From the NCBI GenBank assembly GCA_965221775.1, contig CBDCSU010000006.1:896001-960000 (forward strand): DNA of 64,000 bases, read 5' to 3'. The stretch comes from Candidatus Latescibacterota bacterium. GTDB taxonomy: Bacteria; Latescibacterota; UBA2968; UBA8231. The notes under the pieces are model-generated. The model did not search any database. It saw only the letters and a program-made list of their open reading frames with translations, and was not told the DNA's origin. Each line of letters opens with the position of its first letter. Position 1 is the stretch's first letter. Shown here one piece after another: positions 26,596 to 36,264 of the stretch. The position numbers and the translations under genes were made by a program.

Positions 26596-27794
26596 GGGCG
26601 CGCCGGACTGCCGTCGGGCAGCCGCGTCTGCGTCCAGGTCTCGACGCCGTCGGTGCAGGGGTGCTTCGCCGCCAGTTCCTCGTCCACGTCGATGCCGAGG
26701 CCGGGGCTGTCGTTGGGGTACATGTAGCCGCCGCGCACCTCGGGCATGCCCGGGAAGATCTCGGCCATGCGGTCGTGGAAGCGGCACCATTCCTGGACCC
26801 CGAAGTTCGGCGCCCACAGGTCCAGGTGCAGGTTGGCGGCGTGCCCCACGGGGGAGACGTCGCCGGGACCGTGCCAGGCGGTGCGGATCCCGTACATGTC
26901 GCCGAAGGCGGCGACGTTGCGCGCCGGCGTGAAGCCGCCCATCTGCGAGACGTGCATGCGCAGGAAGTCGATGAGCCGGTCCTGGATCAGCGGCTGCCAC
27001 TCGCGCGGGTGGTTGAACAGCTCGCCCATGGCGATCGGCGTCGAGCACTGCTGGCGGATGTTGCGGAACCACTCCAGGTCCTCGGGGGCCAGCGGGTCCT
27101 CCAGGAAGAACAGGCGGAAGCGTTCCATCTCCTTGGCGAAGCCCACCGCGTCGATGGGGACCAGCCGCTCGTGCACGTCGTGGAGCAGCTCCACCTCGAA
27201 GCCCAGCTGCTCGCGCACGTGCTCGAAGACCTCCAGGTGGGCGCGCATGTAGGCGCGGGGATCGAAGTAGGAGCCCGGCTGGGCGCCATCGGGCGCGGGC
27301 CGCTCCGCCGCGAGACCGCCGTAGCCGCCCTGCTGCACGCGGATGTACTGGTAGCCCTGCTCCTGGTAGCCGCGGATCGAGTCGACGATCTCCTCCTTGC
27401 TGGCGCCGCCGGCGTGGGCGTAGCAGGCCGCCGCCTCGCGGCACTTGCCCCCGAGGAGCTGGTAGACCGGCATGCCCGCGCGCTTGCCCTTGATGTCCCA
27501 CAGGGCCTGGTCGACGCCGGAGATGGCGTTGTTCAGCACCGGCCCGTTGCGCCAGTAGCCGTTGACGCAGGAGAGCTGGTAGATCTCCTCGATGCGGTCC
27601 ACGTCGCGCCCGATGAGCAGCGGCTTCAGGTGCCGCTCCACGGCGGCGACCACGGCGCGGAACCGCTGGGTGAAGGTGGCGCACCCGACGCCGTGGAGCC
27701 CCGGCTCGGAGGTGAGGATCTTGACGATGACGAGCCGCGCTCCCGCCGGCTGGGTGGCGATGACCTGCACGTCGCGGATGGTGACGGTGCTCAT
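26592..27794 (-). CDS. Mandelate racemase/enolase superfamily sugar-acid dehydratase (RspA/ManD-like)
   Basis: YWRNGPV, ALWDIKGK, LLHDVHE, FLEDP, MGELF, TAWHGPGDVSP. Confidence 0.9.
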   Translation of the reverse strand: MSTVTIRDVQVIATQPAGARLVIVKILTSEPGLHGVGCATFTQRFRAVVAAVERHLKPLLIGRDVDRIEEIYQLSCVNGYWRNGPVLNNAISGVDQALWDIKGKRAGMPVYQLLGGKCREAAACYAHAGGASKEEIVDSIRGYQEQGYQYIRVQQGGYGGLAAERPAPDGAQPGSYFDPRAYMRAHLEVFEHVREQLGFEVELLHDVHERLVPIDAVGFAKEMERFRLFFLEDPLAPEDLEWFRNIRQQCSTPIAMGELFNHPREWQPLIQDRLIDFLRMHVSQMGGFTPARNVAAFGDMYGIRTAWHGPGDVSPVGHAANLHLDLWAPNFGVQEWCRFHDRMAEIFPGMPEVRGGYMYPNDSPGLGIDVDEELAAKHPCTDGVETWTQTRLPDGSPARP

Positions 27795-27899
27795 GGTTTA
27801 TGCACTCCCGACAGTTGAGATGCGAGGCTCCTACCCCGCCGGCACCTCCTGCCGATATCCGGGGTGGCGAAAGCGGCGACACAGCGAACCGCTGTTGAC

Positions 27900-27911
27900 G
27901 GTATCGATACC
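27900..27911. promoter_or_regulatory. Palindromic operator of the TA module
   Basis: GGTATCGATACC, adjoining TTGACG (27895-27900). Confidence 0.55.
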
Positions 27912-27951
27912 TCGATCCCAATATAGATCACTACGAAGAGGAGCATGGCAA

Positions 27952-28179
27952 ATGCCCACAGCAAGAGAAAAGTTCTCCAGCCGAGCCGCGCCTGAGTTGC
28001 TGTCGGCAGTCCGCGAAATCGCCCGCAAAGAAGGCCGCCATTTTCAAGTGGTGCTGGAAGATGCCCTGCGGGAGTACGTGGAGAACCATGCCCAGCAAGG
28101 GCCTCGAGCATCGGTGATGGCCCACTTCGAGGCCAGCGTCGACAGGAACCGTCGCCTGGGCGAACGGCTGGCCGAATGA
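27952..28179 (+). CDS. Antitoxin (RHH-like)
   Basis: REKFSSRAAPELLSAVREIARKEGR..LEDALREY; coupled to the Doc toxin. Confidence 0.8.
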   Translation: MPTAREKFSSRAAPELLSAVREIARKEGRHFQVVLEDALREYVENHAQQGPRASVMAHFEASVDRNRRLGERLAE

Positions 28180-28562
28180 CTCATGACTTTCCCACCATCG
28201 AGGAAGTCATGGACATGCACGATGCTTTGATCAGGACATTCGGTGGCGCACCGGGCCTTCGGGATGAGGACGCTCTCATCTCCGCCCTTGCTCGCCCTCA
28301 GCTTGGATACTACGAGGGAGTCGTGCAGGAAGCCGCTGCCCTCATGGAGAGTCTTGCCAACAACCACGCCTTCGTGGATGGCAACAAGCGGATCGCCTTC
28401 TTCGCAACTGACACCTTCCTCCGCATGAACGGCCACTTCATCAAGTGCGACAACGATGAAGCCTACGCCTTCTTCATGCGAAGGTTCGAGACCCATTCAT
28501 TCCGGTTCTCGGAATTGAGTTCGTGGCTCGAACAGAAAGTCGAACCGCTGCCAGGGTCCTGA
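28176..28562 (+). CDS. Doc/Fic-family toxin
   Basis: HAFVDGNKR Fic motif. Confidence 0.93.
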   Translation: MTHDFPTIEEVMDMHDALIRTFGGAPGLRDEDALISALARPQLGYYEGVVQEAAALMESLANNHAFVDGNKRIAFFATDTFLRMNGHFIKCDNDEAYAFFMRRFETHSFRFSELSSWLEQKVEPLPGS

Positions 28563-29080
28563 TCCCCTCGTCGGCTTCTCACCCACCCCCCACACCGAGA
28601 GCGGTTCCGATCCAGCATAGCAAAGGCTGACCCCTGCTCGTAGTCCTCGACCTTCTTCAACACGGAGGAAATCAGAAGGTCAACCCACTCCCGCTCTGCG
28701 GCATTGCCCGCCCAACCACCTCCGGGAAGAGCAGTACTGCTGAATTGGCTCGGATCGCATGTCTCCCCCGGAGCGGTCCCCGCGAGGCCACGGCGGTAAC
28801 GCTGACTCGTGATCTCGGTCACTTCCAGCCCATTTCCCGACCATTGCGTTTCCACACAAAATCCGGCGTCTCGTGCTTCGGGATGGCGAATGGATACTCC
28901 AGACAGTTCCGAGAGGCCAGCGTTAGTAGGTATTCCCCCAGCGTGAACCGTTCCCGAAAGGTCTGAAGTACGTCTCTCTGCCCCCCGCTCGAAGTCTATC
29001 TCCAAGATTGCTTCGACAAGTTCATCCTTGGCCGAGATGGTGATCTCGTCATCCAAGGGATGGAAGAACCTCTCCGTCAT
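28463..29080 (-). CDS. Hypothetical protein, lower GC, possibly 3'-truncated
   Basis: GAGG RBS before ATG 29080; the C-terminus overlaps the doc gene antisense. Confidence 0.45.
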   Translation of the reverse strand: MTERFFHPLDDEITISAKDELVEAILEIDFERGAERRTSDLSGTVHAGGIPTNAGLSELSGVSIRHPEARDAGFCVETQWSGNGLEVTEITSQRYRRGLAGTAPGETCDPSQFSSTALPGGGWAGNAAEREWVDLLISSVLKKVEDYEQGSAFAMLDRNRSRCGGWVRSRRGDQDPGSGSTFCSSHELNSENRNEWVSNLRMKKA

Positions 29081-29240
29081 GGCCTCGCCCCACTCTTCCG
29101 GCTTCCGCCGAAGATTCGGTGATGTTGGCACTGGCCTCGCCAAGCCCTCGCCCGGCATCCACCATCGACTCCTCGACGGATGTCAATCGATCGAGGCGCT
29201 GGAATTAGCAGGTGCCGCACCCCCCTTTGGGCCCACTGGC

Positions 29241-29873
29241 CTACCCCTGCCACAGCCCCAGCAACTCCTCCGACGTCGTCACGTCCAGCCCGATGTCCCG
29301 GAACTGCCGCAGGGCCGCCTCGTGGCCGTGGGGCCGCGGGGACCGCGTGCAGTCGCCGACGACGGCGACGTAGTAGTCCTTGTTGGTGGCGCTCCAGGCG
29401 GTGGCCTCCAGGCACCAGTCCGTCGAGCAGCCCACCAGGACCACGCTCTCCCGCCGCAGGGTGCGCAGCATGAGGTCGAAGTCGGTGCCCTCGAAGGCGC
29501 AGCCCCGGTGCTTGGGCAGGATGTGGTCGCCCTCCCGCGGCTCCAGGCCCGGGTGGACCCGCACCTTGTCGTAGTCCGGCTCGAACTCCTCGTGGAGGCG
29601 GCCGGGGTCGTGCCCCAGGTTCAGCCAGGTGCGGATGACCGCGGCGGAGGCGTCGGTGAGGCCGCGGTTGCGGTGGTTGTAGAAGTAGAACACGGGCACC
29701 CCGCGGCGCCGGGCCGCGGCGGCGAGGAGCTTCACCTTGTCGAAGATGACCCGGTCCGTCCCCGCGTCCCACCGGGGGACGTTCTCGATGTCGATCACCG
29801 CCAGCGCCGCCCGGCGCGGGTCGACCACCTCCGCCAGGCTCTCGCAGACCTGCTTGCCGTCGATCGTCAGCAT
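29241..29873 (-). CDS. Isochorismatase-family cysteine hydrolase
   Basis: ALAVIDIEN, PKHRGCAFEGTDF, GCSTDWCLEATA; GGAGG RBS. Confidence 0.9.
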   Translation of the reverse strand: MLTIDGKQVCESLAEVVDPRRAALAVIDIENVPRWDAGTDRVIFDKVKLLAAAARRRGVPVFYFYNHRNRGLTDASAAVIRTWLNLGHDPGRLHEEFEPDYDKVRVHPGLEPREGDHILPKHRGCAFEGTDFDLMLRTLRRESVVLVGCSTDWCLEATAWSATNKDYYVAVVGDCTRSPRPHGHEAALRQFRDIGLDVTTSEELLGLWQG

Positions 29874-30052
29874 GGATCCTCCTTCGGGGGCGCGAAGTAT
29901 ACGGCTCCGCCGGGCCTCCGGGGGCAGGGCACGCGGCCCCCCGGGCGGTCCCACGGGCGCGGCACTGGCGGCGGGCCCGGGGGCAGGGCTCCGGGCGGCC
30001 GGCCCGGTCCCGCACTGGCGGCACTCCCCCGCGGGCCCCACATTAGGCCCCC

Positions 30053-31135
30053 ATGACTGACAAGCTGACCGTCGCCATCATCGGGTGCGGCCGCCTGGGC
30101 CAGCACTACGTGGACGTCTACAACACCCTCCCCGACACCGAGGTCGTGGCCCTCGTCGATCCCAACCGAGGCCGCCTCCAGGCCGTGGGCGAGCGCTTCG
30201 GCGTCGACGGCCTCTTCGCCGACGTGGAGGAGCTGTACCGCCGCATGACCCCGGATCTGGCCGCCGTGGTCCTGCCCGCCAAGTTCATCCAGGAAGTCGT
30301 CACCGCCAGCGCCGAGGCCGGCGTGCGCGGCGTCTCCACGGACAAGCCGATCGGCGCCCGGCTGGCCGACGTGGACGCCATGATCGAGGCCTGCGAGTCC
30401 CGGGGCGTCGTCTTCGCCGGCGGCAACCTGGTGCGCGCCATGAGCCAGGTGCAGGAGGCCGCCGCCTGGCTGCGGGCCGGCGACTTCGGCGAGCTGCGGG
30501 GCGCCGCCGTCCACTCCTTGAGCACCGAGATCTCCGGCGGCGGCTGCCAGCAGATCGCCGTGATGCGCCTGTTCACCGGCGCCGAGGTGGCCGAGGTCAC
30601 CGCCTGGGGCTCGCCCCGGGAGGCCTTGGAGTCCGGCACCGACAAGGACCTCGCCATCAACGGCCTCTTCCGCCTCAGCAGCGGCATCGAGTGCCCCGTC
30701 TTCAGCTCCCGTGACCCCTGCCGCGGCGTCGACGCCTGGACCGACGACGCCCTCGTGCGCTGGAACTGGGCGCCGCCGGAGGTCTGGCAGGGCTTCGACG
30801 ATTCCGGCGCCCGCATCCGCGTCGAGCGCCCGTTCGCCCCCATCGAGTACCCGCGCTTCTCCTACCTCGGCACCTCGATCCGCTCCTTCATCGACGTCGT
30901 CCGCCACGGCGGCGAGCTGCGCATCTCCGGCCGCGACCTGCTCCAGTCCCTCGAGGTCGCCATCGCCGCCCGGGAGTCCGCCCTGCGCAACGCCGTCCCG
31001 GTCTCCCTGCCCCTGCAGGACCGTTCCCTCACCCTCTACCCGGTCCCCTACCGCTGGCTCGGCGGCGACAACTCGGGCCGCGAGCAGAGCGTCGAGGAAG
31101 CGCGCACCATGCCCCTGTTCCCCCACTCCTCCTGA
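30053..31135 (+). CDS. Gfo/Idh/MocA-family oxidoreductase
   Basis: VAIIGCGRLG and STDKPI. Confidence 0.88.
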   Translation: MTDKLTVAIIGCGRLGQHYVDVYNTLPDTEVVALVDPNRGRLQAVGERFGVDGLFADVEELYRRMTPDLAAVVLPAKFIQEVVTASAEAGVRGVSTDKPIGARLADVDAMIEACESRGVVFAGGNLVRAMSQVQEAAAWLRAGDFGELRGAAVHSLSTEISGGGCQQIAVMRLFTGAEVAEVTAWGSPREALESGTDKDLAINGLFRLSSGIECPVFSSRDPCRGVDAWTDDALVRWNWAPPEVWQGFDDSGARIRVERPFAPIEYPRFSYLGTSIRSFIDVVRHGGELRISGRDLLQSLEVAIAARESALRNAVPVSLPLQDRSLTLYPVPYRWLGGDNSGREQSVEEARTMPLFPHSS

Positions 31136-31152
31136 AGGACACGACCGCTCCC

Positions 31153-31872
31153 ATGGACCCACGCCGGCACCTGCCTCTCGAAGGCGCCCTCAACGTCCGC
31201 GATCTCGGCGGCTACCCGACGGCCGACGGACGCACCACCCAGTGGCGCCGATTCCTGCGCGCCGACGGCCTCCACCAGCTCGCGGACTCCGCCCGCGACG
31301 AGTTGGTGGGCCTGGGGCTGCGCACCGTCGTCGACCTGAGGAGGGACAGGGAGCTGGCCGAGAGGCCCAGCGTCTTCGCGGCCCTGGAGGGGGTCGACTA
31401 CCTCCAGGTGGACTACGTCGGCGAGAGCCCCATCGATCCCTCCCAACCCCTGCTCGAAGGCGCCGAGCGGACCGGCGACATCTACTGCCAGTGGCTCGAG
31501 GTCCGCCGCAACCAGGTGCGCGACACCCTGCGCGCCCTGGCCGCGCCCGGGGCCGTGCCCGCCCTGTTCAACTGCGCCGCCGGCAAGGACCGCACCGGCG
31601 TCACCGCCGCCCTGCTCCTCGGCCTGGCCGGGGTGCCCGACGACGTGATCGCCGAGGACTACAGCCTCAGCGGCTGGTTCCTCGTCCACCGCCTGGAGGA
31701 GGGCGACCCCCGGACCCGGGAGGAGTACCAGGAGCAGGCCTCGCCCCGGAGGGCCATGGAGATCGTCCTCGAGCACCTGAACGGCAAATACGGCGGCATC
31801 GAGCCCTTCGTGCGCACCATCGGCCTCTCCGCGGAGGAGGTTGCGCGGCTGCGCGCCGGCCTGCTGGACTGA
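31153..31872 (+). CDS. Tyrosine-protein phosphatase-like protein (Y_phosphatase3), paralogue 1
   Basis: NVRDLGGY, VVDLR, FNCAAGKDRTG, EDYSLS. Confidence 0.9.
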   Translation: MDPRRHLPLEGALNVRDLGGYPTADGRTTQWRRFLRADGLHQLADSARDELVGLGLRTVVDLRRDRELAERPSVFAALEGVDYLQVDYVGESPIDPSQPLLEGAERTGDIYCQWLEVRRNQVRDTLRALAAPGAVPALFNCAAGKDRTGVTAALLLGLAGVPDDVIAEDYSLSGWFLVHRLEEGDPRTREEYQEQASPRRAMEIVLEHLNGKYGGIEPFVRTIGLSAEEVARLRAGLLD

Positions 31873-31882
31873 CCGTGCCGCG

Positions 31883-32608
31883 ATGACCGCTCTGGACCCG
31901 CGCCGGCACCTGAAGCTCGAAGGCACCATGAACGTCCGCGATCTCGGCGGCTACCCCACGGCCGACGGCCGCACCACCCGGTGGCGCCGCTTCCTGCGCG
32001 CCGACAAGCTCCACCAACTCGCCGAACCGGCCCGCGATGAGCTGGTAGGCATGGGCCTGCGCACCGTCCTCGACCTGCGGCGCGGCAGCGACCTGGCCGA
32101 GCACCCCAGCGTCTTCGCCGGCTCGGAGGAGGTCGACTACCGCCACGTGGACTTCATCGGGGAGGGACCCGTCGAGGCCTCCGGGCCCCTCGAAAGCGCC
32201 GAGTGGATCGGCGACCTCTACTGCGGGTGGCTCGAGAATCGCCGCGACAAGGTGCTCGACATCCTGCGCACCCTCGCCGCGCCGGGGGCCGTGCCCGCCC
32301 TGTTCAACTGCGCCGGCGGCAAGGACCGCACCGGAGTCACCGCCGCCCTGCTCCTCGGCCTGGCGGGGGTGCCCGACGGGGTGATCGCCGAGGACTACAG
32401 CCTCAGCGGGCGCTTCCTCGTCGACCGCATGGAGGAGGGCGACCCCCGGACCTGGCAGGAGTACCAGCAGGAGGTCTCCCCCACGAGGGCCATGGAGATC
32501 GCCCTCGAGCACCTGAACGGCAAGTACGGCGGCATCGAGCCTTACGTGCGCTCCATCGGGCTGACCGCGGAGGAGGTGACGCGGCTGCGCGCCGGCCTGC
32601 TGGACTGA
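31883..32608 (+). CDS. Tyrosine-protein phosphatase-like protein, paralogue 2
   Basis: NVRDLGGY and FNCAGGKDRTG; close tandem copy of the upstream gene. Confidence 0.9.
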   Translation: MTALDPRRHLKLEGTMNVRDLGGYPTADGRTTRWRRFLRADKLHQLAEPARDELVGMGLRTVLDLRRGSDLAEHPSVFAGSEEVDYRHVDFIGEGPVEASGPLESAEWIGDLYCGWLENRRDKVLDILRTLAAPGAVPALFNCAGGKDRTGVTAALLLGLAGVPDGVIAEDYSLSGRFLVDRMEEGDPRTWQEYQQEVSPTRAMEIALEHLNGKYGGIEPYVRSIGLTAEEVTRLRAGLLD

Positions 32609-32610
32609 CC

Positions 32611-33945
32611 GTGGCCGGCGACCGCCTCTTCCACCGCGTCCGCAAGGACCGCTGGCTGCGCGTCACCTGCGGCGAGGGCTGCTGGCTCTACGGCGACGAC
32701 GGCCGCGCCTGGCTCGACGCCTGCGCCGGCGTCCACGTGGTCAGCATCGGCCACGGCGTCCCCGAGATCGCCGAGGCCATGGAGGCGCAGGCGCGCAAGG
32801 TCGCCTTCACCTACTCGCGCTTCCTCACCGAGCCCCAGGTCGAGCTGGCCGACCGCATCGCGGCCCTGACCCCCGGCGGCCTGAACCGCGTGTTCTTCGT
32901 CTCCGGCGGCTCGGAAGCGACCGAGTCGGCCATGAAGATCGCCCGCAAGTACCACCTCGAGACCGGCAACCCCGGCAAGCACAAGATCGTCTCGCGCTGG
33001 CAGAGCTGGCACGGCAACACCGTGGGCGCCCTCTCCATGTCTGGGCGGTCGCCGTGGCGCCGCGACTACGAGCCCTACCTCCTCGACTTCCCCCACATCC
33101 GCCCCTGCTACCCGTACCGCTGCCCGTACTGCCGCGACGAGTGCGCCCTCACCTGCGCCGAGGACCTGGAGCGCGTCATCCTGCAGGAGGGGGCCGAGAC
33201 GATCGCCGCCTTCATCGCCGAGCCGATCCTCGGCACCTCCTGTGCCGGACTGACACCGCCGCCGGACTACTTCCGCACCCTCCGCGAGATCTGCGACCGC
33301 CACGACGTGCTCCTGATCGCCGACGAGGTGGTCACCGGTTTCGGCCGCACCGGCCTCGACTTCGGTTTCGAGCACTTCGACGTGGTGCCCGACATCCTGG
33401 CCACCGGCAAGGGCCTGAGCAGCGGCTACACGCCGATCGCCGCCACCGTCGTGAGCGACGGCATTTACGACGCCATCTACGAGAGGCAGGACCACTACGT
33501 CCACGGCCACACCTACGGTGGCAACCCCCTCTCCTGCGCCGTGGCCCTGGCCGTGCAGGACTACGTCGCCGCCCACGACCTCGTCGACCGCTGCCGCCGC
33601 ATGGGCGACCTCATGCTGGAGCGCCTCGAGCCCCTGCTGGACAACCCCATCGTCGGGGCGGTGCGCGGCAAGGGCCTGCTCACCGGGGTGGAGTTCGTCG
33701 CCGACAAGCGGACCCGGGAGCCCTTCCCCGCGGAGCGCGGCGTCACCGCCGCCGTCGTCGACCGCGTCTTCGACAAGGGCGTGCTGATCATGCCCGGCGC
33801 CCCGGGGCTGGTGGACGGCGTCCGCGGCGACCACATCGCCATCAGCCCGCCCTTCACCGTCGACGAGGACGAGGTGGAGACCACGGTGCGCGCCGTCACC
33901 GAAGCGGTGGAGGAGACGGCGCGGGAGCTGGGAGCGGCGACGTGA
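32611..33945 (+). CDS. Class III PLP aminotransferase
   Basis: SGGSEATE, SWHGNT, LIADEVVTGFGRTG, TGKGL, GHTYGGNP. Confidence 0.93.
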   Translation: MAGDRLFHRVRKDRWLRVTCGEGCWLYGDDGRAWLDACAGVHVVSIGHGVPEIAEAMEAQARKVAFTYSRFLTEPQVELADRIAALTPGGLNRVFFVSGGSEATESAMKIARKYHLETGNPGKHKIVSRWQSWHGNTVGALSMSGRSPWRRDYEPYLLDFPHIRPCYPYRCPYCRDECALTCAEDLERVILQEGAETIAAFIAEPILGTSCAGLTPPPDYFRTLREICDRHDVLLIADEVVTGFGRTGLDFGFEHFDVVPDILATGKGLSSGYTPIAATVVSDGIYDAIYERQDHYVHGHTYGGNPLSCAVALAVQDYVAAHDLVDRCRRMGDLMLERLEPLLDNPIVGAVRGKGLLTGVEFVADKRTREPFPAERGVTAAVVDRVFDKGVLIMPGAPGLVDGVRGDHIAISPPFTVDEDEVETTVRAVTEAVEETARELGAAT

Positions 33946-34428
33946 ATGCGGGGAATCTCGATCAAGCCATTCGAGAGCCGGGACCAGGAACCTGTCCGGA
34001 GGCTGATCCTGGCCGGACTCGCCGAGCACTGGGGAGAGATCGACCCGGGGCTGAATCCGGACCTGGACGACATCGCCGCCAGCTACGAGGATGCCACCTT
34101 CCTGGTCGCCTGGCTCGACGGTCGGATCGTCGGGTCGGGCGCGCTGGTTCCCAAGTCGGACGAGGCAGCGGAGATCGTCAGGATGTCCGTGGTCTCGGAG
34201 CTTCGAGGGCGAGGGATCGGGAAGAGCATGCTGAACAGGCTCTGCCGGGAGGCCGCCGAGGCAGGGTTCCGGCGGCTCGTGCTGGAGACAACCTCCACCT
34301 GGGATGATGTGATCGAGTTCTACAAGAGGTTCGGCTTTCGGGTGACGCACACCCGGGAGGGCCCGTTCGGCGGCGAGGTTCACCTCTCACTCGAACCGCT
34401 CCCCGGCGCGGGTGCCCCGGTCCCATGA
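33946..34428 (+). CDS. GNAT acetyltransferase
   Basis: RMSV..RGRGIGK and FYKRFGF. Confidence 0.9.
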   Translation: MRGISIKPFESRDQEPVRRLILAGLAEHWGEIDPGLNPDLDDIAASYEDATFLVAWLDGRIVGSGALVPKSDEAAEIVRMSVVSELRGRGIGKSMLNRLCREAAEAGFRRLVLETTSTWDDVIEFYKRFGFRVTHTREGPFGGEVHLSLEPLPGAGAPVP

Positions 34429-34459
34429 AGCGCGGGTCTTGACTTGGGAAGTACGGATT

Positions 34460-34476
34460 CTTACTTCGTAAGTAAG
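34460..34476. promoter_or_regulatory. Palindromic operator of the AbrB/PIN TA module
   Basis: CTTACTT-cgt-AAGTAAG upstream of the antitoxin. Confidence 0.55.
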
Positions 34477-34497
34477 TATTCCACATGGAGGGATCAC

Positions 34498-34719
34498 ATG
34501 AAGGCGACACTCTCTCAGAGAGGGCAGGTGACCATTCCCAAGTCCTGCCGCGACAAGCTCGGCCTCAAGACCGGTACCGTTCTGGACTTCGAGGCCAGGG
34601 ACGGGGTCCTCGTGGCGCGCAAGGTTCAACCTGAGGACGTCTTCCGCAAGTGGAGGGGCCGCGGCCGGCTTCCGACCGGGCTTGGAGTCGACGAGTACCT
34701 CGACGAAATACGGGGATGA
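34498..34719 (+). CDS. AbrB/MazE-type antitoxin (VapB-like)
   Basis: TLSQRGQVTIPKSCRDKLGLKTG; GGAGG RBS. Confidence 0.9.
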   Translation: MKATLSQRGQVTIPKSCRDKLGLKTGTVLDFEARDGVLVARKVQPEDVFRKWRGRGRLPTGLGVDEYLDEIRG

Positions 34720-35129
34720 TCTCGGCCGTCGACTCATCGATCATTCTGGACGTCGTCACCGGCGACCCCCGTCACGCCGACCCGTCCGAAGAGGCTCTGC
34801 GCCGCGCCTCTCGCGAAGGGCAGGTCATCGCCTGCGAATGCGTCCTCGCCGAGATCTATCCGGTCTTCGACGGTACCGACTCCTTCGAGGAGTTCCTCAC
34901 CGACTGGCAGGTGGATTTCGTCCCGTCCTCGCGACAGAGCGCGATCCTGGCCGGGCGCCACTTCGCCGCATACCTGGCGCGCGGGGGCTCTCGCCGCCGG
35001 GTCGCGGCCGACTTCCTGATCGGCGCCCACGCGCAGACACAGGCCGACCGCCTCGTCGCCCGCGACCGTGGATTCCTGCGGGACTACTTCTCCGGCCTGC
35101 AGTTGCTCGACCCTTCCTCGGGGGCGTGA
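34716..35129 (+). CDS. PIN-domain toxin (VapC-like)
   Basis: AVDSSIILD, VLAE, ADFLIGAHA, ARDRG. Confidence 0.9.
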   Translation: MISAVDSSIILDVVTGDPRHADPSEEALRRASREGQVIACECVLAEIYPVFDGTDSFEEFLTDWQVDFVPSSRQSAILAGRHFAAYLARGGSRRRVAADFLIGAHAQTQADRLVARDRGFLRDYFSGLQLLDPSSGA

Positions 35130-35157
35130 CCCCCTCGCCCGCGCCCGCGCGGCCTTC

Positions 35158-36264
35158 ATGAAGCGCAAGATCCTCCTCGTCGTCAGCACGCGCCCCAACT
35201 TCATGAAGGTGGCGCCCATCCTCGCCCGGCTGCGCCAGCGCCCGGAGCGCTTCGACATCTGCCTGCTCCACACCGGCCAGCATTACGACGCCCTGCTCTC
35301 CGACGTGTTCTTCGACGACCTCGACCTGCCGGAACCCGACCACCACCTGGGGGCCGGCTCGGGGACCCACGGGGTGCAGACGGGGCGTATCCTGGCCGCC
35401 TTCGACCCGGTCCTGATCGAGGAGAAGCCCGATCTCGTCGTCGTCGTGGGGGACGTGACCGGCACCATGGCCTGCGCCCTCGGGGCGGTGAAGCTCCACG
35501 TCCCGGTGGCCCACGTGGAGGCCGGCCTGCGCAGCCGCGACCGCCGCATGCCGGAGGAGATCAATCGCATCGTCACCGACGCCGTCTCCGACCACCTGTT
35601 CACGCCCTCCCGCGACGCCGACGACAACCTGCGCGCCGAGGGCATCCCCGCGGAGCGGATCCACTGCGTGGGCAACGTCATGGTGGACTCGCTGCGGACG
35701 GCGCTGAAGTCCCTGCACCGGTCGACGGCGCTGGAGGACCTCGGCCTGGAGCCGCGGGGCTATGCCCTGCTCACCCTGCACCGGGACTTCAACGTCGATT
35801 CGGAGGAGCGCCTGCGGCAGGCCCTGGACGCGGTGGAGCGCGTGCAGCGGCGCCTGCCGGTGGTCTTCCCCGTGCATCCGCGCACCCGCGCCCGCATCGA
35901 GAGCTTCGGCCTGCAACAGCGGCTTGCGCAGGCGCGGGACCTGCGCCTCATCGAGCCGGTGGGCTACCTCGACGCCCTGCGACTGCAGAAGGAGGCGCGC
36001 CTCGTGCTCTCGGACTCGGCCGGCCTGCAGGAGGAGTCGACCGTCTTCGGGGTCCCGTGCCTGACCCTGCGCCCGAACACCGAGCGGCCCGTCACCGTGG
36101 AGGTGGGCACGGCCACCGTCGTCGACCTCGACGCCGACCTGATCGAGCGCGAGACCGATCGGGTGCTGGACGGGAGCTACAAGAAAGGCGCCGTCCCCGA
36201 GCTGTGGGACGGCGCCGCGGCCCGGCGCATCGTCGAGGTGTTCGCCGAGCGACTCTTCATCTAG
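35158..36264 (+). CDS. wecB: UDP-N-acetylglucosamine 2-epimerase (non-hydrolysing)
   Basis: TRPNFMK, HTGQHYD, HVEAGLRS, PEEINR, SDSAGLQEE, TERP. Confidence 0.93.
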   Translation: MKRKILLVVSTRPNFMKVAPILARLRQRPERFDICLLHTGQHYDALLSDVFFDDLDLPEPDHHLGAGSGTHGVQTGRILAAFDPVLIEEKPDLVVVVGDVTGTMACALGAVKLHVPVAHVEAGLRSRDRRMPEEINRIVTDAVSDHLFTPSRDADDNLRAEGIPAERIHCVGNVMVDSLRTALKSLHRSTALEDLGLEPRGYALLTLHRDFNVDSEERLRQALDAVERVQRRLPVVFPVHPRTRARIESFGLQQRLAQARDLRLIEPVGYLDALRLQKEARLVLSDSAGLQEESTVFGVPCLTLRPNTERPVTVEVGTATVVDLDADLIERETDRVLDGSYKKGAVPELWDGAAARRIVEVFAERLFI

